Shown: piece after piece, positions 47,059-58,442 of the stretch
How positions within the stretch are numbered: position 1 is the first letter of the stretch
Layout of the letters: every line of letters starts with the position of its first letter
From: an uncultured Pseudomonadota bacterium
Lineage (GTDB): Bacteria; Oederibacteriota; Muellerivitia; Muellerivitales; Muellerivitaceae
Length of the DNA stretch: 64,000 nt
Direction: 5' to 3'
Assembly: GCA_963836235.1 (NCBI GenBank)
Contig: CAWIIP010000002.1
Coordinates: 576,001 to 640,000 of the forward strand
Made by a program: the position numbers and the translations under genes
The notes under the pieces: generated by a model
Told to the model about the DNA's origin: nothing
What the model saw: only the letters and a program-made list of their open reading frames with translations
Databases searched by the model: none

Positions 47059-47503
47059 TCGAAGAGAGTTTAGGCTTGCTTAGAAGACAGCTATACTTAC
47101 ACAAATCTTTACTAATAAAAATTGACATGGTGCCCAATAATGGCAATCTTAAAGAGTAATCGGTGTAACTTAGAATTCTAAAATGAACTTCACCAGCCTT
47201 ACGAAGTTTTTTTTGGTCGAACATACCTAGACACTCACCTTATCCGGGCTTCATTCGTACCGCTTCCCCGCAAAATTCATCGGCTTTGGTGTTCGCATTT
47301 GGTTGCCGATATCTTCAACTGTATTTTGCACGACCGTTTCCAAGTGGTCCTGAGGCTTGGCGTCGTTAATCTTGACGACTTTGGAAATGGATTTTGTTGC
47401 GACCTACTGTGTCATTTCTTTTTTACAGGAAACGCCTTGATGTTTAGACTATTGGAAATGTTGATCAGTTCCTAATTTGACCCATAGGAAGCTATCTCTT
47501 CGA
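47059..47503 (+). ncRNA. Candidate ~450-nt structured non-coding RNA, family unknown
   Basis: Terminal stem 47059-47067/47495-47503; nested stems 47123-47132/47405-47414, 47215-47223/47395-47404, 47270-47276/47323-47329, 47279-47284/47305-47310 (UUCG-capped arm), 47334-47343/47381-47390, 47362-47368/47373-47379; G-U wobbles favour the + strand. Folded by eye only. Confidence 0.6.
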
Positions 47504-47635
47504 TCTAAATGCACAAAAGATATCCTAAAATTGTCAAATAATTAATCCACTACTTAAATTCGACGCTTAATATTTGAAGGGCAGTGAAAAGTAAAAATCA
47601 GTAGAAATGAAACGGATTATCTAAAATTCGATCGC

Positions 47636-48151
47636 TTAAAAATGATAGGCTAGAGCCAAAGTTGGACGATTGTTGTCGCCCATATAAGCGATTGGTTTTA
47701 ATCCGTGTTCATCATCATAATCATTGGCAGCAGCTGGTGCATGAGCCATATCAATTATCCATAATCCCGTGAAAGCGATAATACCACCCCATATCAAATT
47801 AGTTCCAATCGTGTTGGCATTATTTGAATCACCTAAAATTCCACCGGAAAAAGTAGTGGTATCAGACTTTATCAATACTCCTAGTCCGACTGAAACCACA
47901 GAAACAACTTCCCCTGTTAAAAGAACATTTCCCATTAGATTATCGTCGGCATAAAAATGACCATAGCCATGAATTAGTAATCCCGGGAAGAAGGCCAAAA
48001 GAAACGCTTTATTAGGATCTTTGTAGAAATAATCTTGATGATTTGTTGCAAGACTTCCGGATAAGCCCGTATCTGAATTTTGAGCCCAAACACAGGAGAT
48101 AGAAAACATAAAAAGAATCGAAAAAAATATTTTATAGAATGTTTTTTTCAT
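47636..48151 (-). CDS. Hypothetical exported/membrane protein downstream of rplQ
   Basis: Signal peptide ending VWA; KDP..AFLL..FPG...G.GHFY motif; terminal LAYHF. Confidence 0.7.
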   Translation of the reverse strand: MKKTFYKIFFSILFMFSISCVWAQNSDTGLSGSLATNHQDYFYKDPNKAFLLAFFPGLLIHGYGHFYADDNLMGNVLLTGEVVSVVSVGLGVLIKSDTTTFSGGILGDSNNANTIGTNLIWGGIIAFTGLWIIDMAHAPAAANDYDDEHGLKPIAYMGDNNRPTLALAYHF

Positions 48152-48244
48152 AGGTGATCGCTTTATTCTACGTGTTGACTGTATTTTGGTCAAAAGAAAA
48201 GTTTGTTTCGACTCTTTGAAAAAAACTGAATGTTTAAGCAAAAT

Positions 48245-48724
48245 TTAGGCACTAACCTTTATTTCTTTTTTCTTTTTTTTCTTCTCGCCTTGAATGTTCG
48301 ATTCCGACGAAGGTGTTTCACTTGTTTCTTTTTTCTCTGTTTTCGTTTCAGATGTTTTTTCTTCCGCGGGACGGTCAACCAATTCTAAAAAAACCATTTC
48401 CGCTCCATCACCCATTCGATATCCCAATTTTAAAATACGGGTGTATCCCCCTTTGCGCTCGGCATAACGATATATCAGAGTCTTAAATAACTTATTGACC
48501 ACTTCGCGCTCTCTTACAAAACCAAGAACACGTCGTTTAGAAGCCAACGTTTCTTTTTTTGCAATCGTAATCATTTTCTCCGCGTATCTGCGGATTTCTT
48601 TAGCCCGAACCTTTGTTGTCTTAATTCTTTCATGTTTTAAAAGAGACGTTACCATATTCCTAACCATGGCACGACGATGAGCAGGTTGAACTCCTAAACG
48701 CCCATGATGTGATTGATGTCTCAT
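48245..48724 (-). CDS. rplQ: 50S ribosomal protein L17
   Basis: MRH, HRRAM.RN, I.TT..RAKE, R.GGYTRI. Confidence 0.99.
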   Translation of the reverse strand: MRHQSHHGRLGVQPAHRRAMVRNMVTSLLKHERIKTTKVRAKEIRRYAEKMITIAKKETLASKRRVLGFVREREVVNKLFKTLIYRYAERKGGYTRILKLGYRMGDGAEMVFLELVDRPAEEKTSETKTEKKETSETPSSESNIQGEKKKKKKEIKVSA

Positions 48725-48742
48725 TACAAACTCCTGTTCGAA

Positions 48743-49756
48743 TTAAACGTTGGCTTCGATACGAGCCGAAGATAAAGACTTGCCTTTTGCAAGAATAGAA
48801 TCTACATCCATCCCAAAAGAAAGACCCATTCCACCCAAAATTTCTTTTATTTCATTCAGCGACTTTCTGCCAAAATTCTTATACTTCAACATGTCTGACT
48901 CAGTTTTTCGAACCAAATCGCCAATAGTTTTAATATTGGCCGTTTTCAAGCAATTCGCCGAGCGAACCGAAAGCTCCAATTCTTCAACGCTCTCATTCAA
49001 AAGTTCACGCAGACGCTCTTCCTCTTCACTAACCGAATCGTCCTGTTGAATTGGCTCTTCTTCAAAATTAATGAATATCTGAAGGGAGTCCCGTAATATT
49101 TTAGAAGCATGCGCCAAAGCATCCTCAGGGTGAATTCGACCATCAGTCCAAATCTCCATTATCAATTTGTCATAATCCGTCATTTGGCCAATGCGCGCCG
49201 ATTCAACAGAATATTTTACCTGAGTCACTGGGGTAAAAATCGAATCAACTGGAATGACTCCAATGGACTGGCCTTCTCGCTTGTTGCGTTCAGCTGGAGC
49301 ATAACCACGTCCTTCGCCAACTTCAATTTCGATATCCAAAGCAGAATCCTCTTCAGTTAATGTCGCTAAATGAAGTTGCGGGTTCAAAATCTCAATGTCA
49401 GCATCTGTTTGAATATCTGCAGCGACAACATTTCGCTCACCTTTAACAGATAAACGAATGGTCTTTGTACCCGAATTAAAAATTTTGATCTTGAGTTCTT
49501 TTAAATTCAAAATAATTTCTGTGGTGTCTTCCACCACTCCAGGGATTGAGGAAAATTCATGTGTGACACCCTCAAACTTTACTGATGTAATTGCCGCTCC
49601 AGTAATTGAAGAAAGAAGAATCCTTCGTAAAGAATTTCCAACAGATTGTCCATAACCTCTTTCAAAGGGTTCGGCAATAAATTTCCCATATGCTGGAGTA
49701 AGAGTATCTTTTTCATAATCCAAAAATTTTGGGATCTGCACATTTCCAATTTGCAT
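48743..49756 (-). CDS. rpoA: RNA polymerase alpha subunit
   Basis: [50 protein letters not shown]. Confidence 0.99.
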   Translation of the reverse strand: MQIGNVQIPKFLDYEKDTLTPAYGKFIAEPFERGYGQSVGNSLRRILLSSITGAAITSVKFEGVTHEFSSIPGVVEDTTEIILNLKELKIKIFNSGTKTIRLSVKGERNVVAADIQTDADIEILNPQLHLATLTEEDSALDIEIEVGEGRGYAPAERNKREGQSIGVIPVDSIFTPVTQVKYSVESARIGQMTDYDKLIMEIWTDGRIHPEDALAHASKILRDSLQIFINFEEEPIQQDDSVSEEEERLRELLNESVEELELSVRSANCLKTANIKTIGDLVRKTESDMLKYKNFGRKSLNEIKEILGGMGLSFGMDVDSILAKGKSLSSARIEANV

Positions 49757-49815
49757 GATGCCTCCTGCTAAAATAGTCCTAGAAGGACCTATCTACACTT
49801 TTTAGATGTTTATTA

Positions 49816-50436
49816 CTATTTCGAATACAATTCCACAATAAGCTGCTCTTGAACGGGTAACGCTATCTCATCTTTTGTTGGAACTTTTTTGAATGTTCCT
49901 GATAAGGTTCCCGTGTCAACTTCTAACCATTCTGGAACGCCGCGTTTTTGAAGCGTTTCTAATGATCGTTTCAAACCGACATTTTCCCGAAACCTCTCCA
50001 AAATTGAAATCTTATCCCCCGCTTTTAAATTATAAGATGGTATATCGACCTTCTTTTCATTTACCAAAATCATACCATGCCGTACAACTTGCCTGGCTTG
50101 GCGCCGAGATTCCGCAAAACCCATTCGATAAATAGTATTATCCAATCGCTGCTCTAACAATTGCAGAAGGGTTTCGCCTGTTACACCTTTTTTTCTGGCT
50201 GCAATTGAAAAATAACGGCGAAATTGGCGTTCAAACAGCCCATATATTCTCTTGACCTTTTGCTTTTCTCGAAGCTGGAGTCCATATTCCGTATCTTTTT
50301 TGCGTCTTTGCCCGTGTTGACCAGGAGCATACCCTCTTCGCTCAAAAGCACATTTCTCGGTTTCACAGCGTGTTCCTTTTAAATAAAGCTTCATACCTTC
50401 ACGGCGACAGAGGCGACATACAGATTGAGCACTCAT
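49816..50436 (-). CDS. rpsD: 30S ribosomal protein S4
   Basis: [33 protein letters not shown]. Confidence 0.99.
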   Translation of the reverse strand: MSAQSVCRLCRREGMKLYLKGTRCETEKCAFERRGYAPGQHGQRRKKDTEYGLQLREKQKVKRIYGLFERQFRRYFSIAARKKGVTGETLLQLLEQRLDNTIYRMGFAESRRQARQVVRHGMILVNEKKVDIPSYNLKAGDKISILERFRENVGLKRSLETLQKRGVPEWLEVDTGTLSGTFKKVPTKDEIALPVQEQLIVELYSK

Positions 50437-50448
50437 GGGGAATCTCCT

Positions 50449-50877
50449 TTATACTCGCCGACGTTTTGGCGGCCGGCATCCATTATGTGGGACAGGTGTA
50501 ACATCTTTAATCATTGAGATTTGTAACCCACTCGTTTGAATGGCCCTAATAGCTGCTTCCCGTCCCGAACCCGGACCTTTCACGTAAACTTCCACTGATT
50601 TCATTCCTGCATCAACCGCTTTCTTTCCGGCAGTTTCAGCAGCCACTTGAGCCGCAAAAGGGGTTGATTTACGGCTTCCTTTAAAGTTCATGGAACCCGC
50701 CGATGACCAAGTCACAACATTACCTTTTGGTTCCGTAACCGTTACTAGTGTGTTATTAAATGTGCATTGAATATGGACCACACCATTGCGTGGCGCCTTT
50801 TTACCCTTTTTAACCGCTACGGGAGTAGCCATCTTTTCGTCTTTTGTTTCGATTTTTGATTCCGCTTTATCAACCAC
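50449..50877 (-). CDS. rpsK: 30S ribosomal protein S11
   Basis: [36 protein letters not shown]; GTG start with AAGGAG RBS. Confidence 0.98.
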   Translation of the reverse strand: MVDKAESKIETKDEKMATPVAVKKGKKAPRNGVVHIQCTFNNTLVTVTEPKGNVVTWSSAGSMNFKGSRKSTPFAAQVAAETAGKKAVDAGMKSVEVYVKGPGSGREAAIRAIQTSGLQISMIKDVTPVPHNGCRPPKRRRV

Positions 50878-50932
50878 TCTTTTTCTCCTTACACTTCCCG
50901 CCCATGTGAAAATGAGCAAATCAAATTAAGTT

Positions 50933-51313
50933 TTACTCTTCTTTTTTACGCCCGCTTCCAACCGTCTTTCGCGGACCCTTTCGGGTGCGCGCATTCGTCT
51001 TTGTCCGTTGCCCCCTCACAGGAAGTCCCTTACGATGACGGCTTCCTCGGAAAGTTCCTATGTCGATCAAACGCTTAATATTCATGGAAACTTCACGGCG
51101 TAAATCACCTTCGACCTTTAGGTTTTCCGAATTAATCGTATTTTGAATCCGAGCAATTTCATCGTCCTTCAAATTCTTTACTCGCACATCCGGATTGACA
51201 TTGGCTTTAACCAAAACTCTTTTAGACAAGGCCAAACCAATTCCATAAAGATAGGTCAAAGCCACTTCAATACGCTTCTCTTTTGGTAAATCAATTCCCG
51301 CAATTCGAGCCAT
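50933..51313 (-). CDS. rpsM: 30S ribosomal protein S13
   Basis: [31 protein letters not shown]. Confidence 0.99.
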   Translation of the reverse strand: MARIAGIDLPKEKRIEVALTYLYGIGLALSKRVLVKANVNPDVRVKNLKDDEIARIQNTINSENLKVEGDLRREVSMNIKRLIDIGTFRGSRHRKGLPVRGQRTKTNARTRKGPRKTVGSGRKKEE

Positions 51314-51326
51314 GCCTTCTCCTCAA

Positions 51327-51440
51327 TTATCCTTGACGTTGTTTGTGTTTTGGGTTTGTACAAATAACACGAATCACTCGTTTACGACGAATGACCTTGC
51401 ACTTATCACAAATAATTTTTACTGATGATCGAACCTTCAT
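51327..51440 (-). CDS. rpmJ: 50S ribosomal protein L36 (Zn-binding type)
   Basis: Manual translation [37 protein letters not shown]; below the ORF-track length cutoff. Confidence 0.98.
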   Translation of the reverse strand: MKVRSSVKIICDKCKVIRRKRVIRVICTNPKHKQRQG

Positions 51441-51461
51441 TTTGCGTCCTTCCTCAATTTC

Positions 51462-51680
51462 TTACTTGAACCGATAAGTGATACGACCCCGATTTAAATC
51501 ATAGGGGGATAACTCAACCGTTACCCTATCCCCCGGAAGAATCCGAATAAAATTCATTCTCATCTTTCCCGAAACGTGAGCCAAAACCACATGCTTATTT
51601 TCTAACTCCACCCTAAAACTTGCGTTGGGAAGGGCTTCTATCACTGTCCCTTCAACCGAAATTGCTTCTTCCTTTGCCAT
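51462..51680 (-). CDS. infA: Translation initiation factor IF-1
   Basis: [29 protein letters not shown]. Confidence 0.99.
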   Translation of the reverse strand: MAKEEAISVEGTVIEALPNASFRVELENKHVVLAHVSGKMRMNFIRILPGDRVTVELSPYDLNRGRITYRFK

Positions 51681-51699
51681 AATCCTCCCAACCCCTTTT

Positions 51700-52458
51700 T
51701 TAAGAGGTATGGTCCATTCGCGTTAAGTTTTCCGGCCCATCTGGAAGAATGGCAACCGTATCCTCAAAATGGGCTGAAAATTTACCATCTTTCGTTACCA
51801 CTGTCCAGCCATCCTCTAAAACCTGCACTTCATCCGCCCCCATGTTCACCATCGGCTCTAAAGCTAAGCACATTCCTTGAATAATTCGGGGCCCTTGACC
51901 CTTTTTGCCATAATTTGGAATTTGAGGTTCTTCGTGCATGGCTTGACCAATTCCGTGGCCCACATAGTCCTTAACGACCGAAAACCCCTTATTTTCAACG
52001 TATTCTTGAATAGCATGACCAATATCCGATATTCGATTTCCCACCTGACATTGTTCAATACCCTTGTTTAAGGACTCAAATGTAATTAAAAGCAATTCCC
52101 TTATTTCCGGAGCAACCTTCCCAACGGCAAAAGTCCTGGCCGAATCGCCACAATAACCTTTGTAAAAAGCTCCGACATCAATTCCAACGATATCACCCTC
52201 TTCAAGAACACGTTTATTAGGGATCCCATGAACAACCTGATCGTTTACCGAGGTGCAGATAGTTGCCGGATAGCCGTGGTAACCTAAAAAAGCTGGGACA
52301 CAATCGTTTTTTTTAAAAAAATCATAAGCAAATTTATCGAGTTCTTGGGTTGTAGCTCCCGGTTTAATTTTCTTTTCGAGCTCAATAAGAGCTTGCCCAA
52401 CAACCCTTCCACTGATTCGCATCAATTTCAGCTCTGATTCAGATCTAATTGCAATCAA
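51700..52458 (-). CDS. map: Methionine aminopeptidase type I
   Basis: SVN..VVHGIP, D.G...GD.ART, GHGIG..MHEEP, EPMVN, SAHFE. Confidence 0.98.
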   Translation of the reverse strand: MIAIRSESELKLMRISGRVVGQALIELEKKIKPGATTQELDKFAYDFFKKNDCVPAFLGYHGYPATICTSVNDQVVHGIPNKRVLEEGDIVGIDVGAFYKGYCGDSARTFAVGKVAPEIRELLLITFESLNKGIEQCQVGNRISDIGHAIQEYVENKGFSVVKDYVGHGIGQAMHEEPQIPNYGKKGQGPRIIQGMCLALEPMVNMGADEVQVLEDGWTVVTKDGKFSAHFEDTVAILPDGPENLTRMDHTS

Positions 52459-53111
52459 ACTTTAGCCACTTTTTCCAATGCGGCATAAATTCGGCCCATA
52501 ACATCATCGTATTCACCTTCACATTGAACCCGTTTCAATAAACCTTGTTTTTCGTAAAATTCAATTAAAGGAGCCGTTTCTTTTTCATAAACATTTAGCC
52601 GATTCTCAATTGTTTCAGGACGATCATCAGGTCTTTGAATTAATTCTTTTCCACATTTGTCGCAAATTCCATCTTTTTGAGGTCTCATGGTATCAATATT
52701 GTATGTCGTTCCACAACCAGGACAAACCCTTCTTCCCGTCAACCGTTTTAATAAAGTGGCTTTGCCTACCTCTATTTTTAAAACACTCGACAGACTGATA
52801 TTCATGCTTTGAAGCATTCTTCCTAGGCTTTGAGCTTGGGGAACCGTCCGAGGGAAGCCATCCAAAATAAACCCATCAATTGCATCATTTTGTTGGATTC
52901 GTTCGTGAATCAGCTCAATAACAACTGAATCGGGAACCAATTCGCCTTTTTTCATGAATTCCTGTGCTTGACGCCCCAATAAAGTTCCGGCTTTTACTGC
53001 CGCTCGAAGCATGTCGCCCGTTGATATCTGCGGAATCTGGTATTTCTTAACCAATTCACCAGAATAAGTTCCTTTTCCTGCCCCCGGTTCACCTAAAAGA
53101 ATAATACGCAT
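52455..53111 (-). CDS. adk: Adenylate kinase (Zn-lid type)
   Basis: G.PGAGKGT, STGDMLR, LDGFPRT, CPGC/CDKC lid. Confidence 0.99.
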   Translation of the reverse strand: MRIILLGEPGAGKGTYSGELVKKYQIPQISTGDMLRAAVKAGTLLGRQAQEFMKKGELVPDSVVIELIHERIQQNDAIDGFILDGFPRTVPQAQSLGRMLQSMNISLSSVLKIEVGKATLLKRLTGRRVCPGCGTTYNIDTMRPQKDGICDKCGKELIQRPDDRPETIENRLNVYEKETAPLIEFYEKQGLLKRVQCEGEYDDVMGRIYAALEKVAKV

Positions 53112-54448
53112 TAAAACGCATTCCTTCCTTTCAATCGACCCTTTTTCATGAACCCATCGTAGTGACGCATGAGTAAATGGGATTCTATTTGCTTCATAGT
53201 ATCCAAAGCAACCCCGACAATAATTAATAATGAGGTCCCGCCAAATTGCACAGGAATGTGAAGTTGTCGGGTTAACAGGTCAGGAAAAACTGCGATAACA
53301 CAAACTGCCAAAGCACCCCAAATTGTGATTCGCGTCAAGGTTCGATCAATAAATTCCGCAGTTGGCTGTCCGGGACGAATTCCAGGGATGAACCCACCGT
53401 ATTTTTTCATGTTCTCGGAGAGGTCGGTGGGATTAAACGCAATCGCAGTATAAAAATAGCAAAAGAAAACAATCAAGGCCGAATAAAGCACATAATAAAC
53501 AAAAGCTCCAGGAGCAAAGTTTCGAACAATGAATTCCATAGCGTTATAAAGCCATCCTTGGTCCGATGCCACTGAGGGAATATTTTGAATATATTTCGCG
53601 ATCGTTGATGGAAAAACTAAAATAGAAGAAGAAAAAATAACTGCAATAACTCCTGAATAATCAACTTTTAACGGTAGCTGAGTTGATTGCCCCTTAAATA
53701 CTTGGCGGCCAACAACTCGAGTAGCATACTGAACAGGAATTTTCCTAGCTCCCTGTTGCAAGAGAACAATGAAACCAATGGTTAAGAGGGTGAAAGCAGC
53801 GAAAAAAATAACTGCAATTAAGCTCAGTTGATCGACTTTCAACATCCTGTAAGTATTAGCAATTTGTCCAGGCAAAGCTGCAACGATTCCAGAAAAAATG
53901 ATAATGGACATCCCATTTCCAACACCATACTCCGTAATTTGTTCTCCAAGCCACATAATAAAAACTGTTCCGGTTGTTAAAGCCAACACTGCTAAAATTT
54001 GAAAACTAATTCCCCAATGATAAATCACATTCTCGCCAAAATTTTTAAACAGATAAGTCGTACCCGTTCCTTGAATAACACAAAGAATCACTGTTCCGTA
54101 ACGGGTGTATTGAGTGATTTTTCGACGCCCAAGTTCCCCTTCTTTAGAAAGTTTTTCAAGAGTAGGAATAACAGCTGTCAAAAGTTGCAGGATAATAGAC
54201 ATACTGATATAGGGCATAACACCTAAAGCAAAAATAGATGCTTGCTTTAACGCGTTACCCGAAAATAAATTCAAAAAACCCAAAATCCCGTTGTTCTGGC
54301 TTTTGAAAGAATTCGCTAGCTCGGCTATATTTACCCCCGGAACAGGGATATGCGTTCCAATACGATAAACCAAGAGGATACCTAAAACAAAAAGCACCCG
54401 ATTTCTGAGTTCCGGTACCCTAAAAATATTCGAAAAAGCCGAAAACAC
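53111..54448 (-). CDS. secY: Preprotein translocase subunit SecY
   Basis: SIFALGVMPYI, WLGEQITEYGVGNG.S, FIPGIRPG, GGTSLLI.VGV. Confidence 0.99.
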   Translation of the reverse strand: MFSAFSNIFRVPELRNRVLFVLGILLVYRIGTHIPVPGVNIAELANSFKSQNNGILGFLNLFSGNALKQASIFALGVMPYISMSIILQLLTAVIPTLEKLSKEGELGRRKITQYTRYGTVILCVIQGTGTTYLFKNFGENVIYHWGISFQILAVLALTTGTVFIMWLGEQITEYGVGNGMSIIIFSGIVAALPGQIANTYRMLKVDQLSLIAVIFFAAFTLLTIGFIVLLQQGARKIPVQYATRVVGRQVFKGQSTQLPLKVDYSGVIAVIFSSSILVFPSTIAKYIQNIPSVASDQGWLYNAMEFIVRNFAPGAFVYYVLYSALIVFFCYFYTAIAFNPTDLSENMKKYGGFIPGIRPGQPTAEFIDRTLTRITIWGALAVCVIAVFPDLLTRQLHIPVQFGGTSLLIIVGVALDTMKQIESHLLMRHYDGFMKKGRLKGRNAF

Positions 54449-54885
54449 TACAAGACCTCCGTCGTTCCACCAACGGCTTTAATTTTCTCGATTGCGGACA
54501 CGCTGAACGCATGGGCTTTTACGGTTAATTTATTTTTTAATTCACCATTGCCTAAAATTTTCACCGGATCGCTTCCACCTACAAACCCTTTAATTTTTAA
54601 TTGAATAGGTGTCACCGTTGCTCCATTTTCAAAAACTGACAATTGATCCACATTGACAACATCGAAAGAAACTTTTCCAATACTTTTAAACCCACGAATA
54701 GGAAGCTTTCTATAAATTGGCGTTTGACCACCCTCAAAACCGAGGCGGACTCCACCACCCGTTCGGGAATTCTGCCCCTTGTTCCCACGTGTAGACGTTT
54801 TTCCGTGTCCGGAACCTGGACCCTTGCCGACGATTTTCCGACGTTTAACGGCGCCGGATGCTGGTTTCAATTCTGTAATTTTCAT
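54448..54885 (-). CDS. rplO: 50S ribosomal protein L15
   Basis: GSGHGKT..RG.KGQ, FEGGQTP. Confidence 0.99.
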   Translation of the reverse strand: MKITELKPASGAVKRRKIVGKGPGSGHGKTSTRGNKGQNSRTGGGVRLGFEGGQTPIYRKLPIRGFKSIGKVSFDVVNVDQLSVFENGATVTPIQLKIKGFVGGSDPVKILGNGELKNKLTVKAHAFSVSAIEKIKAVGGTTEVL

Positions 54886-54886
54886 T

Positions 54887-55072
54887 TCAACTACCCTTGT
54901 TTTTAATTTCGATTAAATAACCGATTTTATCAATCATCCCGCGAATCACTGGGGTATCCGGCCTAATAACAGTCTGTCGTATTTTCTTTAAACCTAGCGC
55001 CTCAGCAATTTTCACATGTTTTGGCAAGCGGCCATTAAGACTTTTCACCAATTGTATCTTCAACTCATTCAT
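54887..55072 (-). CDS. rpmD: 50S ribosomal protein L30
   Basis: [11 protein letters not shown]...TPVIRGMI; spc operon position. Confidence 0.97.
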   Translation of the reverse strand: MNELKIQLVKSLNGRLPKHVKIAEALGLKKIRQTVIRPDTPVIRGMIDKIGYLIEIKNKGS

Positions 55073-55581
55073 GATTTAGGAGCTCCTGTAAAGTTTTCAA
55101 TCGGTTTACCGCGTAAAGCCGCGACAACTTCGGGAGACCGCACCGACTTCAAACCTTTCAACGTAGCTTGAACAACATTAAATGTATTATCTGACCGAAT
55201 CGATTTCGTTAAAATATCGTGAATGCCAGCTAATTCGCAAACCGCTCGAACCCCGCCCCCCGCAATAATTCCAGTACCAGGAGAAGCCGGTTTCAACATA
55301 ACACGGGATGCTTTAAATATGCCCACTGTTTCGTGAAAAAGGGTATTTCCTTTAAGTGGAACAACTATCAAATTTTTCTTTGCGTCTTCAACCGCTTTGC
55401 GAATGGCATCAGGCACTTCGCTGGCTTTTCCGGTCCCAATTCCGACGTGGCCATGTCCGTCACCAATCACCACCAAAACTGAAAAACTGAACCGACGACC
55501 ACCCTTAACAACTTTGGCCACCCGATTAATTTGAACCACTTTTTCCTTTAAATCCAACTTCGATGCATCAATACGAGCCAT
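55069..55581 (-). CDS. rpsE: 30S ribosomal protein S5
   Basis: [29 protein letters not shown]. Confidence 0.99.
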   Translation of the reverse strand: MARIDASKLDLKEKVVQINRVAKVVKGGRRFSFSVLVVIGDGHGHVGIGTGKASEVPDAIRKAVEDAKKNLIVVPLKGNTLFHETVGIFKASRVMLKPASPGTGIIAGGGVRAVCELAGIHDILTKSIRSDNTFNVVQATLKGLKSVRSPEVVAALRGKPIENFTGAPKS

Positions 55582-55593
55582 AGTTTCTATCCT

Positions 55594-55959
55594 TTAAAAT
55601 TGAAGTCCGTTTTGACGGGCGGATTCCGCTAATGCTTTTATACGGCCATGAAATACATAGCCCCCCCGGTCGAAAACGACTTGGGTTACAGATTTCTCTT
55701 TCGCTAATTTTGCGATTTTTTCGCCAACTGCTTTAGCCGCTTCAATATTGCCACCGAATTTAATCTTACCCCGAAGAGTTTGGTCAAAACTTGCAGCCGC
55801 CACTAAAGTAATTCCCTTACTATCGTCTATCACTTGGGCGGTAATATTTTTAGCACCCCGATGAACAACAAGCCTAGGCCTCTGTGAAGTTCCCTCAACT
55901 TTTTTTCGAATTCTATCGTGCCGACGAACCCGTTTAATGTTTTGATGTTGCAACGACAT
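55594..55959 (-). CDS. rplR: 50S ribosomal protein L18
   Basis: [24 protein letters not shown]. Confidence 0.99.
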   Translation of the reverse strand: MSLQHQNIKRVRRHDRIRKKVEGTSQRPRLVVHRGAKNITAQVIDDSKGITLVAAASFDQTLRGKIKFGGNIEAAKAVGEKIAKLAKEKSVTQVVFDRGGYVFHGRIKALAESARQNGLQF

Positions 55960-55976
55960 GGATCAACTCCCAATGA

Positions 55977-56546
55977 TTATTTTCCACCCGCTTTACCGGT
56001 AGCGCCTGTCTTCCCAACTTTCTTTCTCACATATTCACCCAAATAACGTATCCCCGTTCCCTTATAAACTTCAGGTGGCTTCACACGGCGAATCTTGGCA
56101 GCCATTTCCCCTACAAGGTATTTATCAATTCCTTTAATCGTTAAAAGCGTTTGTTTTTCGATATCAACCGTGACACCCTTAGGAAGATCCATCACTACCG
56201 GATGGCTAAAACCCAGCGACATGCTGAGCTTTCCTTTTTCCAAATTAGCCCTATAACCCACACCTTGAATTTCAAGCTTTTTTTCAAACCCAGTAGTTAC
56301 ACCCAATATCATATTTTTTATCAAAGCATGCGTGAGGCCGTGACTGGCATTAAGTGCCTTGGAATTCGTGTTATCGCCTTCTACTGGCGTAACCAAAAGA
56401 ATTTTTTCTTTTGGTTCTACCTTCATACCCGACATCAGTTCAAGACTTAAGGAGCCTTTGGGCCCCTCAACTGTGATCTGATTTCCTTCGGACTTAATCT
56501 TAACCCCTTGGGGTATCTCGATTGGTTTTTTGGCAATTCGCGCCAT
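55977..56546 (-). CDS. rplF: 50S ribosomal protein L6
   Basis: V.GPKG, GVGYRA, LGFSHP, PEVYKGTGIRY. Confidence 0.99.
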   Translation of the reverse strand: MARIAKKPIEIPQGVKIKSEGNQITVEGPKGSLSLELMSGMKVEPKEKILLVTPVEGDNTNSKALNASHGLTHALIKNMILGVTTGFEKKLEIQGVGYRANLEKGKLSMSLGFSHPVVMDLPKGVTVDIEKQTLLTIKGIDKYLVGEMAAKIRRVKPPEVYKGTGIRYLGEYVRKKVGKTGATGKAGGK

Positions 56547-56578
56547 GACTTCTCCCTCGGATTATCAATACAAAATGA

Positions 56579-56980
56579 TCAATGGACTAAACAAAGCACT
56601 TCCCCGCCCACTCCCTGTTGACGAGCTTGGCGATCAGTTAAAACTCCTTTTGATGTCGAAACAATCGCGATACCCAAACCTCCAATCACTTTTGGAACCC
56701 TGGACTTTACCGAATAAACTCGCCGACCAGACCGGCTGACTCGGCTGATATTGGAAATGACACGTTCTCTTTTTTCGCCATATTTCATAGAGATGCGGAT
56801 TAAAGATGGCTTTCCCTTTTCTTCAGCTATTTTGTAATTCTTAATAAAACCTTCCTCAGCAAGTATCCTCGCGATCTCCAATTTCAACTTTGAAAAAGGT
56901 ATGTCCACTTTTTCCTTATAAACATGATTCGCATTACGAATTCTTGTCAGCATGTCTGCAATCGGGTCCGTCATGGACAT
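56579..56980 (-). CDS. rpsH: 30S ribosomal protein S8
   Basis: [30 protein letters not shown]. Confidence 0.99.
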   Translation of the reverse strand: MSMTDPIADMLTRIRNANHVYKEKVDIPFSKLKLEIARILAEEGFIKNYKIAEEKGKPSLIRISMKYGEKRERVISNISRVSRSGRRVYSVKSRVPKVIGGLGIAIVSTSKGVLTDRQARQQGVGGEVLCLVH

Positions 56981-56999
56981 AAATTTGGTCTCCTTAACC

Positions 57000-57185
57000 T
57001 TACCAGCTGGCTTTTATCACACCCGGGATTTTTCCTTCCCCGGCTAGTTTTCTGAAACAAATACGGCACATTCCAAATCGCCTTAAAAAGGCCCGCGGAC
57101 GGCCACACAAATTACACCGTGTGTAAGCCCGAACTTTAAACTTAGGCTTCATCTTTTGTTTATTGATCAAACATTTCTTAGCCAT
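57000..57185 (-). CDS. rpsN: 30S ribosomal protein S14 (short Zn-binding type)
   Basis: RC..CGRP, CRICFR, IPGV.KASW. Confidence 0.99.
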   Translation of the reverse strand: MAKKCLINKQKMKPKFKVRAYTRCNLCGRPRAFLRRFGMCRICFRKLAGEGKIPGVIKASW

Positions 57186-57193
57186 GAAATCTC

Positions 57194-57748
57194 CTAATTT
57201 CTAAAGGGCATGCCAAGCAGTTTTAATAATTCTTTGGCCTGCTCGTCATTTTTGGATGTTGTTGCAAAAGTGATATCCATCCCATGAATAGATTGGACAT
57301 TTTCGTAATTGATCTCCGGAAAGATTATCTGTTCTTTTAAACCAAGAGTGTAATTACCCCGACCATCAAAAGAACGCGTCGGCACGCCACGAAAGTCACG
57401 AATACGAGGAAAAGCAATCATAAAGAGCCTTTCCATGAACTGAAACATTCGGTCTCCCCGAAGGGTCACTTTCGCACCCAAAGGCTGATTCGCCCGAAGC
57501 TTAAAATTAGAAATCGCCTTTTTAGAACGTGTAATAGCCGGTTTTTGACCGCTAATCAGCGTCAACTCCTCAACCGCCATATCCAAAAGCTTGATATTGT
57601 TCTCAGAAGCGGCTTTCCCAACGCAAACATTAATCACAATTTTTTCAACTTTTGGAACTTGCATAACATTTGTAATCCCAAACTTCTTCATCAGATTTGG
57701 TATTATTTCTTTTGAATATTTTTCTTTTAAAATAGTTTGTGTTGCCAT
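57194..57748 (-). CDS. rplE: 50S ribosomal protein L5
   Basis: [37 protein letters not shown]. Confidence 0.99.
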   Translation of the reverse strand: MATQTILKEKYSKEIIPNLMKKFGITNVMQVPKVEKIVINVCVGKAASENNIKLLDMAVEELTLISGQKPAITRSKKAISNFKLRANQPLGAKVTLRGDRMFQFMERLFMIAFPRIRDFRGVPTRSFDGRGNYTLGLKEQIIFPEINYENVQSIHGMDITFATTSKNDEQAKELLKLLGMPFRN

Positions 57749-57749
57749 C

Positions 57750-58070
57750 TTACTTTTCCTTATCCAGAATTTCGCCACACTTCTTGCAAGCGCGGCTCTT
57801 TATTCCAGTGGCCAAAACTTTATGAGCGACACGGGTCGCCTTCCCACATTTTCCACAAACAACCTGTAAATTGGAAATATGAACCGGTGCTTCTTTTTCC
57901 AAAATTCCGCCTTGCGGAAGCTGTTGGGTTGGTCTTGTATGGCGTTTTACCATATTAATTTTTTCAACCAGTGCCTTTTCCGCTTTCGGAAAAAGGCGGA
58001 TAACACGGCCTTTTTTCCCCCGATCTTTGCCCGTTAATATCAAAACCGTGTCTTCTCGATGAACATGCAT
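57750..58070 (-). CDS. rplX: 50S ribosomal protein L24
   Basis: [19 protein letters not shown]. Confidence 0.99.
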   Translation of the reverse strand: MHVHREDTVLILTGKDRGKKGRVIRLFPKAEKALVEKINMVKRHTRPTQQLPQGGILEKEAPVHISNLQVVCGKCGKATRVAHKVLATGIKSRACKKCGEILDKEK

Positions 58071-58073
58071 GGC

Positions 58074-58442
58074 TTACAAAACCTCCGGAGCCAACGAAAT
58101 AATTTTCATAAAATTCTTTTCCCGCAGTTCGCGGGTTACAGGCCCAAAAATACGGGTTCCTCTGGGATTCATTTGATCGTTTATAATAACCGCCGCATTT
58201 TCATCAAAACGAATGTTGGAACCGTCAGGGCGGGTAAAAACACGTCTTTGCCTTACAATCACAGCCTTAACAACTTCACTTTTCTTAACACCAGCCCCAG
58301 GAATGGCTTCCTTAACAGCGGCAACGATAATATCTCCAATCGCCGCATACCGACGTTTAGTTCCACCTAGAACATGGATGCACATAATCCTCGTGGCCCC
58401 ACTATTGTCGGCAACGTTTAATATGGTTTGAGGCATGATCAT
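58074..58442 (-). CDS. rplN: 50S ribosomal protein L14
   Basis: [33 protein letters not shown]. Confidence 0.99.
   Translation of the reverse strand: MIMPQTILNVADNSGATRIMCIHVLGGTKRRYAAIGDIIVAAVKEAIPGAGVKKSEVVKAVIVRQRRVFTRPDGSNIRFDENAAVIINDQMNPRGTRIFGPVTRELREKNFMKIISLAPEVL

Noticed and set aside
47024-47224. 66-aa minus-strand ORF inside the structured region
   Set aside because: No recognisable motif or clear RBS; the stem pattern is better explained by a + strand RNA
47059-47503. Identification as RNase P RNA, tmRNA, SRP RNA or a group I/II intron
   Set aside because: No GAGGAAAGUCC, no tRNA-like ends with CCA, no SRP GGAA-loop helix and no domain V or P7 consensus seen on either strand
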